Shown piece after piece: positions 8,905 to 20,744 of a stretch of DNA of 64,000 bases. The notes below the pieces were generated by a model, which was not told the origin of the DNA, searched no databases, and saw nothing but the letters and a program-made list of their open reading frames with translations. The stretch covers positions 256,001-320,000 of the forward strand of contig CAWHDT010000007.1 in assembly GCA_963828195.1 (NCBI GenBank), written 5' to 3'. The position numbers were made by a program, and so were the translations under genes. Position 1 is the first letter of the stretch, and each line of letters begins with the position of its first letter. The stretch is from Candidatus Bathyarchaeota archaeon (GTDB lineage: Archaea; Thermoproteota; Bathyarchaeia; Bathyarchaeales; Bathycorpusculaceae).

Positions 8905-10157
8905 TAATCCGCAGCCTCCACACCGCCAAACATGTGAACTGTAACCGTTTCGCCCCCGGTTACGCCCTCCCGATTCTCGGGCACTATGACGAAACCGTTG
9001 CTCTGCGTCATGGTGGATATAGATCCAGAGCCTTTTGTGCTAACTGGCTCAGCATAAAATTCGCCGCCTCTTAAGGTTACGTGGACTCTAAGGTATGTTT
9101 TTCTTCCAAGAACAGATGTGACTTTTCGGGTTAAGGTAGCTTTCAACATTGGCCGTGGCTCCGTTTTGGTCATTCCAAGCAGCCTGCAAACCATCGGTCT
9201 GCCGAAAACCTCAAAACCGATAATTGCAGCCACGGGGTTACCTGACAAAATCAAAACGGGCTTGCCCTCCAACACTGCAACAGCCGTCGGCATCGCTGGT
9301 CTTAATGCAACGCCGTGAACAATAACCCCTGGTTCCCCAAGCTTGTTAACTGCGTCTGGCACCAAATCTAAACCTCCAACACTTGTCCCGCCAGTGGTGA
9401 TTACGGCATCATTGGTCTTGAGGGCTTTTTGGATTTTATCAGCAATTTCATCCACGTTATCTTTTACTATGCCATAATCGGCTGTTTCGGCGCCAAGTTC
9501 TTTGCATGTTACTGAAATCATAATTTTGTTTGAATCATAAATTAGGTTTCCAGAAAGCGCTGTGCCTACTTCGGTAAGTTCATTTCCTGTGGCTAAAATG
9601 GCGATTTTCGGTTTCTCTGCAACTTTTAGTTGACTGTGACCTAAGGCAGCAGCTAATCCTATATGGTAGGGGTTTAACCGTGCGCCAGACTTAGCGATGA
9701 TTAAGCCTTTTTTAAGGTCCTCACCTACTTTGGCAACATTGACTCCTGGGGCAAGTTGGCTCCAAACCTTCAGGGTTCCGTTGCGCCTTTTGGTGTCCTC
9801 AAGCTTAACTACTGCGTCAGCACCTTTCGGGATGGGGTTTCCAGTCCAAACCTGCTTAGCCTGCATGCTCTCTATTTCATTGTTTTCAGTTAATTGGAAG
9901 ATTGCTGGTTTAGACTGCGAGGCACCGGCTGTGTCAACAGATTTTAATGCGTACCCGTCCATGGCTGACTTGTCAAACCGTGGCAAATCTTCCAGCGCGG
10001 TTAGGTCTTCAGCTAAAACTCGTCCTAACGCATCCTGCAAAGACACCGCAGCAGCTTTAGACACACCAATTTGAAGTGCAGCCAGCCAGCTTTGCAGCGC
10101 TTGTTCAGCTAATGTTAATTTTTGGAATCCTTTGAGCTTCACCAAAATGGTTCCCAA
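8904..10157 (-). CDS. moeA: Molybdopterin molybdo/tungstotransferase MoeA paralogue
   Basis: PRFDKSAMDGYA, TGGTSVG and SGNP motifs. A tandem moeA pair is typical of archaea. Confidence 0.95.
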   Translation of the reverse strand: MGTILVKLKGFQKLTLAEQALQSWLAALQIGVSKAAAVSLQDALGRVLAEDLTALEDLPRFDKSAMDGYALKSVDTAGASQSKPAIFQLTENNEIESMQAKQVWTGNPIPKGADAVVKLEDTKRRNGTLKVWSQLAPGVNVAKVGEDLKKGLIIAKSGARLNPYHIGLAAALGHSQLKVAEKPKIAILATGNELTEVGTALSGNLIYDSNKIMISVTCKELGAETADYGIVKDNVDEIADKIQKALKTNDAVITTGGTSVGGLDLVPDAVNKLGEPGVIVHGVALRPAMPTAVAVLEGKPVLILSGNPVAAIIGFEVFGRPMVCRLLGMTKTEPRPMLKATLTRKVTSVLGRKTYLRVHVTLRGGEFYAEPVSTKGSGSISTMTQSNGFVIVPENREGVTGGETVTVHMFGGVEAAD

Positions 10158-10232
10158 TACCCATTAGCGACTAGCGTAAAAAACATATCGAAACAAAACT
10201 CAAAAAGCAAATAGCTAAAATAAAAAAACGGG

Positions 10233-10478
10233 TCAGGACCTTGTCTCGTAGACTACCACTGAGTCAGTCTTGATTTGCATAACTAAATCGTGACCTTCCA
10301 CTATTTTTCTCAGGCAGCCCATACTTTCTTTAGAAATATTTGCTTTAATGTTAATGTGGTAGCCCTGATACAATGGGTACATGGCTTTCTGGGGTATCAA
10401 CGTGATGGTACTTCCATCTAAATCTGGGCAATTATCAACAATCTCCCTTAGCAAGACAGCAATTTCGGCAAACTTCAT
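10233..10478 (-). CDS. Small hypothetical protein
   Basis: 81-aa ORF filling the intergenic gap, with a GAGTGAG RBS-like element. Confidence 0.6.
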   Translation of the reverse strand: MKFAEIAVLLREIVDNCPDLDGSTITLIPQKAMYPLYQGYHINIKANISKESMGCLRKIVEGHDLVMQIKTDSVVVYETRS

Positions 10479-10569
10479 GAATTCTCACTCTTTATACTTG
10501 TTACTATTTTCATAAAAATCTTTAGTATAAATCAGTTTCTAACCTGATTTCTTTTTTGGTTTATTGTCA

Positions 10570-11079
10570 CTATTTTTTATTTGCTTCTGCAGTCATTTTT
10601 TTGAGGAATTCTTTGATGCAGTCCGCTTGGCCGTACAATAGGAGGCGCCCATCTTTTTGCCCATTAACGGTGAGGTTACTTTCCTTAGCCATCTGATTTA
10701 TTCGCTCGGTTGGCAGATTTCCAGCTGGTTCAACCCTGACCCATTTTTGGTCTCGGGGAACGCCTGTGACGAATTTGTTTTCTTCCATTTTCTCTTCTTT
10801 GGTTTCTGCGCTGGCTTCCCCCAAACGCTTAAGCCACTGATCAACAATTTCTGGGCTCAAAGCTTTTTGTGCTTCATTAATTAAGATTGATTCAATAGCT
10901 CCCAGGAACTCCTCAACTTTCTGTGATTCTTCCCCTGTGCCGTCGTCCGTTTTTGAAACTATAATCATAAGTTTTGCGTTCCTCAGATCGCCAATTACTT
11001 CAGGTGGAACACTGACGCCTTTTTCCCGAAGCTCAATCACCAACTCATCAAGAACTTTCCAGGTTGCTGTATGGCTCAT
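10570..11079 (-). CDS. DUF2096 family protein
   Basis: WKVLDELVIELREKG..P..DLRNAK N-terminus and KEFLKKM C-terminus. Confidence 0.75.
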   Translation of the reverse strand: MSHTATWKVLDELVIELREKGVSVPPEVIGDLRNAKLMIIVSKTDDGTGEESQKVEEFLGAIESILINEAQKALSPEIVDQWLKRLGEASAETKEEKMEENKFVTGVPRDQKWVRVEPAGNLPTERINQMAKESNLTVNGQKDGRLLLYGQADCIKEFLKKMTAEANKK

Positions 11080-11183
11080 GCCGTTCGCCCAAGGTATAGT
11101 TAGACCGACAAACTATAAAATATTCCCATAAGTAAGAGTTGGGAAGCAAGAAATCAAGTCTTTTCCATGTTGCTTGTGGGCGT

Positions 11184-11912
11184 TTATTTTTCGGCTTCTT
11201 GCAGTGTTTTTGCAATCCGCGTATTCTTTGAACTTTCCTTGGGCTCTAAGAGTTCTTTGACAAGTTTGAATTGCCGTTGGTAAATATGACAGTTCTTTGA
11301 ATGGAATATCAGTTTACCAGTTTTCAACGAAAGGTTTCCCCGCTCATTAATTTCAGAAACAAACGCCTCATTGAAAAGCTGCAAGCCTGCAATGTTAGCT
11401 GGCAAACCGGCGTAAGCATCCCAAGAGCGGAAATAACATGTTAAATGCATTTGCCCATCGAGGATTTCAGTGTCAATAAGGCTCAAGCAGGGCGGTTCAT
11501 GCCGCTCCTTTGTTTTTGGATTAATTTTATAGATATCATCTGGCAACCTAACAACCATTGTCACTTGGCGATCCCGCTGCTCTTTCACGTAGTTTTTGAT
11601 TGCTTCTTCAACCTGATCGACGGGTTCACGAAGTCGGCTGCCGTAAGTGTAAATTTCATCCTGCTTTCCTTCCCCGCACCAAAGATAAGTTAACGCATAC
11701 CACTGCACATACTTCATGTCGCAAGGCGCTTTGTCGCTGACGAGCGGGCGGTTTTCAGGATGAGCAATTTCTATTGATAAGTTGAGTTTTTTTGTCTCTG
11801 TAACTTCAGAGCCGTATCCCACTTGGAAATCGTCTCCTCCATTCCAAATGGTCTCTAACGTTTTGAAATAAGCGTCTGGGCAGTCGAAAGCTACAACCTT
11901 AACATGCTTCAT
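11184..11912 (-). CDS. thyA: Archaeal-type thymidylate synthase family protein
   Basis: YTYGSRL, catalytic PPCL, FRSWD..G.PAN and HIY motifs. Confidence 0.85.
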   Translation of the reverse strand: MKHVKVVAFDCPDAYFKTLETIWNGGDDFQVGYGSEVTETKKLNLSIEIAHPENRPLVSDKAPCDMKYVQWYALTYLWCGEGKQDEIYTYGSRLREPVDQVEEAIKNYVKEQRDRQVTMVVRLPDDIYKINPKTKERHEPPCLSLIDTEILDGQMHLTCYFRSWDAYAGLPANIAGLQLFNEAFVSEINERGNLSLKTGKLIFHSKNCHIYQRQFKLVKELLEPKESSKNTRIAKTLQEAEK

Positions 11913-12038
11913 ATTTAGACTCCGAGATACCGAATAATGTCTAGCCGTAAGAATATAAATTTACAGCCAATCAGATTAAGATGCTAGAATCAAAGCAAAC
12001 TTGTTTTTTAAAATTAAAAAAGAAGAAAGTTGGGTTTT

Positions 12039-13715
<1,677 letters not shown>

Positions 13716-13836
13716 GTTGTTTATTTTGAATACAAACGGAATTCAACAATCAAATATATAAATATAAATTTTTCCCAACACAAAAAACAATAATTACCTA
13801 TATGATTCTTATTGTGAAAATCAAAAGTAAAAAGCA

Positions 13837-14904
13837 TTATGCCAAATCCGCTCTGACGATGTGGTATCCTGACGCTTTGCGGAGCCTATTCATGATGGCT
13901 AAGCCGATTCCCTCGGAAGAAACGCCTTCAGCAATTATGACATCGACGTTTTTTGCGTCAATCTCCCGAAGTAAACGGAAAAGGCTTTGGGCAACAACTG
14001 CCAAGTTGAAGCGGCTGCCAAGAGACTTGACTACGTCTGCTTTGTAGCTGGCTTGTGTTTCATCGGTGGCTAAGATGCCTACTTTTGCGCCTTTAACCCG
14101 ATAAGATTCTGATAGCTCTTTTATTTTGGTTACAACAGCGGAAATTGAACCGTCAACAAGAATTACCTCTGCTTTAGGCGCATAATGCCTATGTTTCATT
14201 CCAGGAGACCTTATTTGTTCAAGGGGCAACTCTTCTTCAGATTGAACAAACGGGTGCAGCTCTACATCGCCAAGCACTTTTTTTAATGCCTCAAAAGATG
14301 TCCCGCCTGGACGAAGCACAACTGGAGGATCCACAGTTAAGTCTATAACAGTTGATTCAACACCGATGCTTGTTGCTCCGCCGTCAAGGATGACATCGAT
14401 TCGGCCATTAAGATCTTCATAAACGTGTTTGGCGGTGGTTGGACTAGGTTTCCCTGCAAGGTTCGCGCTTGGAGCGGCTATGGGAAGACCGCATTGCTTA
14501 ATCAATGCTAAGGCGACTTTGTGTTTTGGCATTCGAATCGCAACAGTGTCTAAACCTGCAACTGTCACGTCGGGTACTACGCTTGAGCGTTTAAAAACCA
14601 GAGTTAAAGGTCCTGGCCAAAACCTTTTCATCAGCAACTCAGCCTTCTTTGGAACCTGCTGCGCTAGCCGGTAAACTTCACTTGTCTCTGCAACATGAAC
14701 GATTGGCGGGTTATCTAAAGGTCTTTTTTTAGCTTCGAAAAGAGCCAAAACAGCAACCGGATTAAGTGCGTCGGCGCCTAAACCGTAAACGGTCTCCGTT
14801 GGGAAAGCCACTAATCCGCCCCTTTCAAGAACTTGGGCGGCAACTTCGATTTTGGTGTAATCAGGATTTTCGGAATCCACTTTTAAGATGAGAGTTTCTT
14901 TCAT
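13837..14904 (-). CDS. sua5: Threonylcarbamoyl-AMP synthase Sua5
   Basis: FPTETVYGLGA, APSAN.SPT and SPGMKHRHYAP motifs, plus the SUA5 C-domain. Confidence 0.97.
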   Translation of the reverse strand: MKETLILKVDSENPDYTKIEVAAQVLERGGLVAFPTETVYGLGADALNPVAVLALFEAKKRPLDNPPIVHVAETSEVYRLAQQVPKKAELLMKRFWPGPLTLVFKRSSVVPDVTVAGLDTVAIRMPKHKVALALIKQCGLPIAAPSANLAGKPSPTTAKHVYEDLNGRIDVILDGGATSIGVESTVIDLTVDPPVVLRPGGTSFEALKKVLGDVELHPFVQSEEELPLEQIRSPGMKHRHYAPKAEVILVDGSISAVVTKIKELSESYRVKGAKVGILATDETQASYKADVVKSLGSRFNLAVVAQSLFRLLREIDAKNVDVIIAEGVSSEGIGLAIMNRLRKASGYHIVRADLA

Positions 14905-15395
14905 TTGAGTTGCCTTTTGAGTTCAAGCACCACTGATGTTTCCACTTGCCGTGTGGGAATGCTCCAATGTTGCTTTAAGAGTTTATTCTTTTCTTCAGTA
15001 GAAACCAGTTCAAACCCGTGTTTTTGATAAAACTTTATTGCCCATTTTGCTGCTTCCCAAGTGCCAACATAAACCTGGGATGTTTCGGCTAAGCCGATTA
15101 AACGGTTTAGAAGCTTTTCGCCATACCCCTTCCGCTGATGACTTTTCAAAACATAGGCGTGCCTGATTAAAGTAACATCGCTAACGCATTGAATCCCCAT
15201 CACAGCAACCAAAACATCGTTATCTTTCAAACCGTAAAATTGAACTCCACCGTTGATTTCCTCCTTAAGCTCTTGCGCTGCCATGTAAGGTTCCTTCCAC
15301 CTGTCGCTTGGAATCTTGCCTTTATACACAGCAGCGGCATCATTCACAACAGCTAGTATTGCTTGAAAATCGCAATTTCGCAGTTTACTAATCAT
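14901..15395 (-). CDS. GNAT acetyltransferase
   Basis: HQRKGYG acetyl-CoA motif and AIKFYQKHGF. The start is uncertain (ORF extends to 15422). Confidence 0.85.
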   Translation of the reverse strand: MISKLRNCDFQAILAVVNDAAAVYKGKIPSDRWKEPYMAAQELKEEINGGVQFYGLKDNDVLVAVMGIQCVSDVTLIRHAYVLKSHQRKGYGEKLLNRLIGLAETSQVYVGTWEAAKWAIKFYQKHGFELVSTEEKNKLLKQHWSIPTRQVETSVVLELKRQLK

Positions 15396-15436
15396 TTTGT
15401 TATCGACATTTCCATGAACCACTAAGCTTAAACATT

Positions 15437-15808
15437 TTAGGTTGTAGTTGGCTCCTTTTGGCTTTCCGGCGGAATAAGTTTTTCGATAAGGTGCATAAAG
15501 AACGCTTGCGCTTGCATTTCGTCAAGTTTGTCCAGATAAACCGAAACCAGAGCTATTTTTCCCTTCTTAGAAGCCACGTACTCAGCAAACATTCTTGCAG
15601 TAATAACGTTCCTATCTCCTAAAAGCACTGATGAGCTGACTGTGCCAATAAGATCTCGGGGTTTCGGAACAGCGATAGCCAAAGTTCCCAGCTTATCTTC
15701 TTTTTCGCTAAGCATCAGCATGCATGAATTTTTTGCTTCCACATAAACGGCTAAAAAACGGGTATCCTGTTCCTGTAGCTCTTCTTTTACGACTTTGGCA
15801 CGTTCCAA
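15437..15808 (-). CDS. Proteasome assembly chaperone 4 (PAC4/PSMG4)-like protein
   Basis: LGTLAIAV...SSSVLLGD...A..VASKKGK..LVS matches the PAC4 pattern as recalled (not searched). Confidence 0.55.
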   Translation of the reverse strand: MERAKVVKEELQEQDTRFLAVYVEAKNSCMLMLSEKEDKLGTLAIAVPKPRDLIGTVSSSVLLGDRNVITARMFAEYVASKKGKIALVSVYLDKLDEMQAQAFFMHLIEKLIPPESQKEPTTT

Positions 15809-15989
15809 TTTCTTTCGTCCCTTCTAACGTTGGTTAATGCTTGGACTGCTTAAAAAAGACTTCACAAAGCAAACTTATTGATTGACTTTGCATGGCGAGT
15901 TGCAGGTTGCGCGGTTAACTTGCGGAGGACTGTTTCATCGTAAAGCATTAAGGATGGAACATAATAACAGTCTCGTGTAAGGACAAGGC

Positions 15990-17279
15990 ATGAGCAGCTC
16001 CAAACAGGTAAAGAAGTATCTGGTTCCATCCTTACTTATAGTGATACTTGCAATTTCAATTTTAGCAGCCTACACAACATATCATAGTGGAAACCTGCCG
16101 AAAGCAAATCCTGACGTTTACATCGGAGTAGCTTTTGGAGGAAACACCACAGAAGAAGCCAAGCTGCTTATTGACAGAGTGAAAAGTTACACAAATCTCT
16201 TCGTCTTGGATGCTGGCAGAAACGCAATTAGCGAAAACGAAACAAGCGTAGAGGAAATTTGCGATTACGCTGTCTCTCAAGGTTTAAGCGTTATAATAAA
16301 CCTCGGGGTAAGTGACCCTCTTGGAAGAAACGTTTCTGACGACAGCTGGTTCTGGCAACAACCACTAAATATTACTGAGCAATGGACACAACGTTGGGGC
16401 AGCAAATTTCTGGGCTTATACTACAATGACGAGCCAGGAGGGGTACAACTCAACGGGAACTGGACAGCTTGGTTTTCGACTTACGGCGAGGAATACCTAA
16501 ATAATAATTCTACTGCCAGCATTGACCTCAACCAGATCTACTTGAAATTGTTTGCTTACATGGACAACGGAACGGACCCTCAAAACTACAATGTGGAAGC
16601 TGACTTTTTTGTTCAAGACATTCTTAAGGACGACCCTGGACTTTCAGCCCTGAACGCTGCTGGAGTCACTGCATACACTTCCGATTATGGCCTATACTGG
16701 TATGATTACTTGGGAGGATACAACGTTTTGTTCGCTGAGTTGGGTGGGAATACCAGTGTAGCGGGACAAATAGCCTTGGTTAAAGGAGCAGCAAGACTTC
16801 AAGATAAAGAGTGGGGAACAATGATCACTTGGGAGTATTCCTCGGCGCCTTACCTTGAAAGCGGAGACCAAATGTACGATCAAATGTTGACCTCTTATGA
16901 AGCAGGAGCGAAATACATTGTGATTTTCGATTATCCATACCTTGAGGGCAACAATTATGGTGCGTTGACTAATGATCAATTTAATGCACTTCAAAGATTC
17001 TGGAATAACATAACGCAAAAGAAATTTCCCGATTTGAGCGGTCCAGAAGCCGTATTGGTGCTGCCTGAAAATTATGGATGGGGCATACCGAATGCCAACA
17101 ACACAATTTGGGGTTTCTGGCCGACTGACAACAAAACCCAGCAGATTGCTTTAGCCACAAACAAACTTTTAACCCAATATGGCGTCAGCCTCGACATAGT
17201 GTATGATGACCCAGCTTTCCCCATTTCAAATGTGGGCTACAAGTACGTTTACTACTGGAACTCGACAAACATCCCATAG
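15990..17279 (+). CDS. Membrane-anchored or secreted hypothetical protein, possible glycoside-hydrolase-like TIM barrel
   Basis: N-terminal TM. Trp/Tyr/Asn-rich, with a GLYYNDEPGG motif and many N-x-S/T sequons. Confidence 0.6.
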   Translation: MSSSKQVKKYLVPSLLIVILAISILAAYTTYHSGNLPKANPDVYIGVAFGGNTTEEAKLLIDRVKSYTNLFVLDAGRNAISENETSVEEICDYAVSQGLSVIINLGVSDPLGRNVSDDSWFWQQPLNITEQWTQRWGSKFLGLYYNDEPGGVQLNGNWTAWFSTYGEEYLNNNSTASIDLNQIYLKLFAYMDNGTDPQNYNVEADFFVQDILKDDPGLSALNAAGVTAYTSDYGLYWYDYLGGYNVLFAELGGNTSVAGQIALVKGAARLQDKEWGTMITWEYSSAPYLESGDQMYDQMLTSYEAGAKYIVIFDYPYLEGNNYGALTNDQFNALQRFWNNITQKKFPDLSGPEAVLVLPENYGWGIPNANNTIWGFWPTDNKTQQIALATNKLLTQYGVSLDIVYDDPAFPISNVGYKYVYYWNSTNIP

Positions 17280-17354
17280 GCTTCCGCGATAGTTGCCCTT
17301 GTTGGAAATCCTTAATTAATAGCTTACCGTAATGCTGATACGGAAGGATAAAAT

Positions 17355-17726
17355 TTGAGTGATGAAATTTCAAGATTACCGCCTAACGTGCAAGAAAGGC
17401 TTCTTAGACTGCAACAACTGCAGCAAACCCTCCAGTCAATTTTAGCGCAGAAACAGCAGGTTGAAATGGAAAAAACAGAAGTTGAACAGACAGTAGCTGA
17501 ACTGCAGAAAACCGCTGAAGACGCAGTTATTTACAAAGCAATCGGTTCACTGCTGGTTAAAGCGGAGAAGCCGAAAGTAACCGAAGACCTTGTTGAGCGA
17601 AAAGAACTTTTGGAAACAAGAAGCACCGTTCTGGCACGACAAGAAGAGCGCATGCGCAGCCAAATAAAAGAAGCCCAGACAAAACTCCAAGAAGACCTAA
17701 GCCCAGTTTCTCAGCCATCATCTTAG
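17355..17726 (+). CDS. pfdB: Prefoldin beta subunit
   Basis: LPPNVQ..LQQLQQ coiled coils and a YKAIGSLLV hairpin. Confidence 0.95.
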   Translation: MSDEISRLPPNVQERLLRLQQLQQTLQSILAQKQQVEMEKTEVEQTVAELQKTAEDAVIYKAIGSLLVKAEKPKVTEDLVERKELLETRSTVLARQEERMRSQIKEAQTKLQEDLSPVSQPSS

Positions 17727-17728
17727 AG

Positions 17729-18025
17729 GTGAAGCTTGTGGTAGAGCTGGGGATACCAGAGCTAACCACCGAGCAAATAGAAACTTTATGTTCAACAGCG
17801 GAGAACGCCGCCAGAAAATACGTCCTTTCTAAAGTTCGCTCTAAAATGATTGATAGGCTGGATATTTGCGTGGAAGCCTCTGGGTCAAAACCGCTTGATG
17901 TTTCAGTGGAGATAGACCTTGATTTGTCGCCAGACGCTAAGGGCGTTAATGCTGAGACGCTGGTTAAAGAAGCCGTAGATGAAGCTCACAGAGCAAGTGA
18001 AAATTATTTGAGAAAAATAAAATGA
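17729..18025 (+). CDS. DUF3194 family protein
   Basis: Conserved pfdB neighbour. GIPELT.EQIE pattern. Confidence 0.7.
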   Translation: MKLVVELGIPELTTEQIETLCSTAENAARKYVLSKVRSKMIDRLDICVEASGSKPLDVSVEIDLDLSPDAKGVNAETLVKEAVDEAHRASENYLRKIK

Positions 18026-19020
18026 ACGATTTCCAAAACTTAACTAAAATTTTAGAAGATACGAAAGCATCTTTTGTCCTTTTACTGTGCCATCGTAGTG
18101 CAGACGCTGACGCCATATGCTCAGCTTACGCGTTGCAGGGTTTGCTTAAACGGTTTTTACCTAATGTTGTGATTGAGGTTGGGTGTCCTCAGGGCATCAA
18201 CAAGCCGTCCAAGCTGCTTCTGGAGTATTTGCCTATAACTGTTAATTTGAACCCGAACATCGAATCTGCAGACGTAATCATGCTCTTGGATATGAACACT
18301 ATTGAACAGCTGGATCAAGTGGTTGAAACAATTAAAAAGTCTCCCGCCCCAAAAATCATAATTGACCATCACTCCCCGAACCCAGAAACAGCAAAAATCT
18401 GCAGTTTATGCATTGTAGATGAGACTGCAGCCGCCAACTGTGAAATAATCCATAGACTTTTTATACAATCTAAAACCAAGCCCAGCTTGAACGAGGCTAA
18501 GGCTTTGTTTGTCGGCATTGCCTTTGACACACGACATTTCGCGTTGGCAAGTGCTTCTACTATTCAAATCGTCGCTAAATTGGTGACTCAGGGGATAGAT
18601 GTGCAGCAAACATTGGCGCAGTTTGCTCTGCCGATAGACACGTCTGAACGCTTAGCTAAGCTGAAGGCTTGCAAAAGAGCTAAAATCGTCAAGGTCAACG
18701 GTTGGATAATTGCTCTCTCTCATGTCAGCGCTTACCAAGCTCCAGCAGCTAAAGCTCTGGTTGATTTAGGAGCCCACATGTCGGCTGTTGCGGGAGAGAA
18801 AAACGGGAAAATAGAGATAAGTCTGCGTTGTACTCGCCAGTTCACTGAGCAGGCAGGCGTCAATTTGGGAACAGATATTGCGGCGCCTTTAGGCGAGTAT
18901 TTGCATGGAGTTGGCGGTGGTCACGCTATGGCGTCTGGGGTAAGCGGCGCTGGCGAGATAGAGCCGGTGCTTAAGCAGTGTCTGCTGCTGCTGAGGCAGA
19001 AGATAATCAAAAATGTGTAG
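18022..19020 (+). CDS. DHH family phosphoesterase
   Basis: HRSADAD, IIIDHH, SLR and GGGH motifs. Confidence 0.92.
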   Translation: MNDFQNLTKILEDTKASFVLLLCHRSADADAICSAYALQGLLKRFLPNVVIEVGCPQGINKPSKLLLEYLPITVNLNPNIESADVIMLLDMNTIEQLDQVVETIKKSPAPKIIIDHHSPNPETAKICSLCIVDETAAANCEIIHRLFIQSKTKPSLNEAKALFVGIAFDTRHFALASASTIQIVAKLVTQGIDVQQTLAQFALPIDTSERLAKLKACKRAKIVKVNGWIIALSHVSAYQAPAAKALVDLGAHMSAVAGEKNGKIEISLRCTRQFTEQAGVNLGTDIAAPLGEYLHGVGGGHAMASGVSGAGEIEPVLKQCLLLLRQKIIKNV

Positions 19021-19068
19021 CTACGCTTAAATGAGCAAACCTCACGCTTAAGTTAGCAGGCACAAAAA

Positions 19069-19920
19069 ATGGCTATAATTGAAACAAAAAACCTAACCTA
19101 CACTTATCCCGGCGCATCTAAACCCTCAATCATTGATGTGTCGTTTAAAGTGGAGAAAGGCGAGTTTGTTTTAATTACAGGACCAAGCGGCTGCGGAAAA
19201 ACAACTTTGTGCCGATGCTTCAACGGTTTGATACCTCACTTCTACCAAGGGGAACTGAAAGGCGAAATTTCAGTTGCAGGCGAAGACACCCTTAAACATC
19301 ACACCTACGAAATGGCAAAACACGTAGGCTTAGTGTTCCAGAACCCCGAAAACCAGCTTTTCGCCCTATCCGTCGAGAAAGACGTGGCATTCGGGCTCGA
19401 AAACCTCGGAACACCGCGGGAAGAAATGAGAAAAAAAGTTGATTGGGCGCTAAACCAAACAGGCATTTATGACTTGCGTGAGCGTTCGCCTCATGAGATT
19501 TCAGGGGGGCAGCAGCAGCGCGTGGCGATAGCGTCTGTTCTCGCGATGGAGCCTGAAATTATTGTTTTAGATGAGCCAACATCTTTCCTTGACCCCTTGA
19601 GCGCTGAGAAAATTTTTGAGGTAATTTATGAATTAAACAAGAAGCAGGGAATAACCGTCGTTCTTGTGGAGCACAGATTGGATTTAACCGCAAAATACGC
19701 GGATCATCTGATCGTTATGGATGAAGGAAAAGTCCGTTACGAAGGAAACCCAAGGGAAATTCTCAACTCCGAAGAAACCCGTTTAATCGGTGTCGGAATC
19801 CCCAAAGCCACGTTACTGTATCAGATGCTAAGAAAGGACGGCTTAAACCTCGGCGGCAACACACCGCTCTCTTCCGAAGAGTTAGCTGACCAACTGTTGG
19901 AGACGTTGAAAACCAAATGA
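19069..19920 (+). CDS. ecfA1: ECF transporter ATPase A
   Basis: GPSGCGKTT, FQNPENQ, SGGQQQR and LDEP motifs. Confidence 0.93.
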   Translation: MAIIETKNLTYTYPGASKPSIIDVSFKVEKGEFVLITGPSGCGKTTLCRCFNGLIPHFYQGELKGEISVAGEDTLKHHTYEMAKHVGLVFQNPENQLFALSVEKDVAFGLENLGTPREEMRKKVDWALNQTGIYDLRERSPHEISGGQQQRVAIASVLAMEPEIIVLDEPTSFLDPLSAEKIFEVIYELNKKQGITVVLVEHRLDLTAKYADHLIVMDEGKVRYEGNPREILNSEETRLIGVGIPKATLLYQMLRKDGLNLGGNTPLSSEELADQLLETLKTK

Positions 19921-20744
19921 TCGTGGCTGAAAACTTGCATTTCTCGTATCCTAACAGAGTCGAGGCTTTGAAAGGGGTTTCTTTAACGATAAAGGACGGC
20001 GAATTCGTCGCGATCATGGGGCAAAACGGCGCTGGAAAATCAACGTTTGTCAAGCATTTCAACGGGCTCCTAAAACCCACAGCGGGAAAAGTCTGTGTGG
20101 ACGGCGTTGAAACCACTAAAACAAGCGTTGCGGCTTTATCTAGAAACGTAGGTTTTGTTTTCCAAAATCCAGACCATCAACTGTTCAGCGAAACGGTAGA
20201 AGAGGAAATCGCGTTTGCCCTCAGAAACTTCGGGTTCGAACCAGAAGTCGTGGAGAAGCGGGTAACATGGGCTTTGAATCTTCTGGCGTTAACCCAGTAC
20301 CGCAAAACGTCTCCTTTCCTTCTAAGCGGTGGCGAACGGAAGCGGGTTGCGTTGGCTTCCGTTTTGGCTTGGGATCCAAAGGCTTTGATTTTGGATGAAC
20401 CCACCATCGGGCAGGACCACGAGCAAAAAGAGATTCTGCGCCAGTTCATAATGCAGATGCAAACTCAAGGAAAAACCGTCGTGATAGTCACGCATGATGT
20501 GGAGTTTGTGGCTGAATGCAATCCCCGCGTTGTTTTGATGAAGGAGGGAAAAATCGTTGCAGAAGGCGACGGAAAAGACATCTTGACAAACCCAGAGGTT
20601 TTAGCTGAATCCTCGATCGTTCTGCCGCAGATAGCTCAAATCTTCATGAGGCTGTCGCAGTTAGGGTTCCCGAAGAACATCATTGATATTTACGAAGCTG
20701 AAAAAACAATTTTGAACGTCAAGGAGACTAAAACGGCGAAATGA
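19917..20744 (+). CDS. ecfA2: ECF transporter ATPase A'
   Basis: GQNGAGKST, FQNPDHQ and LSGGERKR motifs. Confidence 0.93.
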   Translation: MIVAENLHFSYPNRVEALKGVSLTIKDGEFVAIMGQNGAGKSTFVKHFNGLLKPTAGKVCVDGVETTKTSVAALSRNVGFVFQNPDHQLFSETVEEEIAFALRNFGFEPEVVEKRVTWALNLLALTQYRKTSPFLLSGGERKRVALASVLAWDPKALILDEPTIGQDHEQKEILRQFIMQMQTQGKTVVIVTHDVEFVAECNPRVVLMKEGKIVAEGDGKDILTNPEVLAESSIVLPQIAQIFMRLSQLGFPKNIIDIYEAEKTILNVKETKTAK

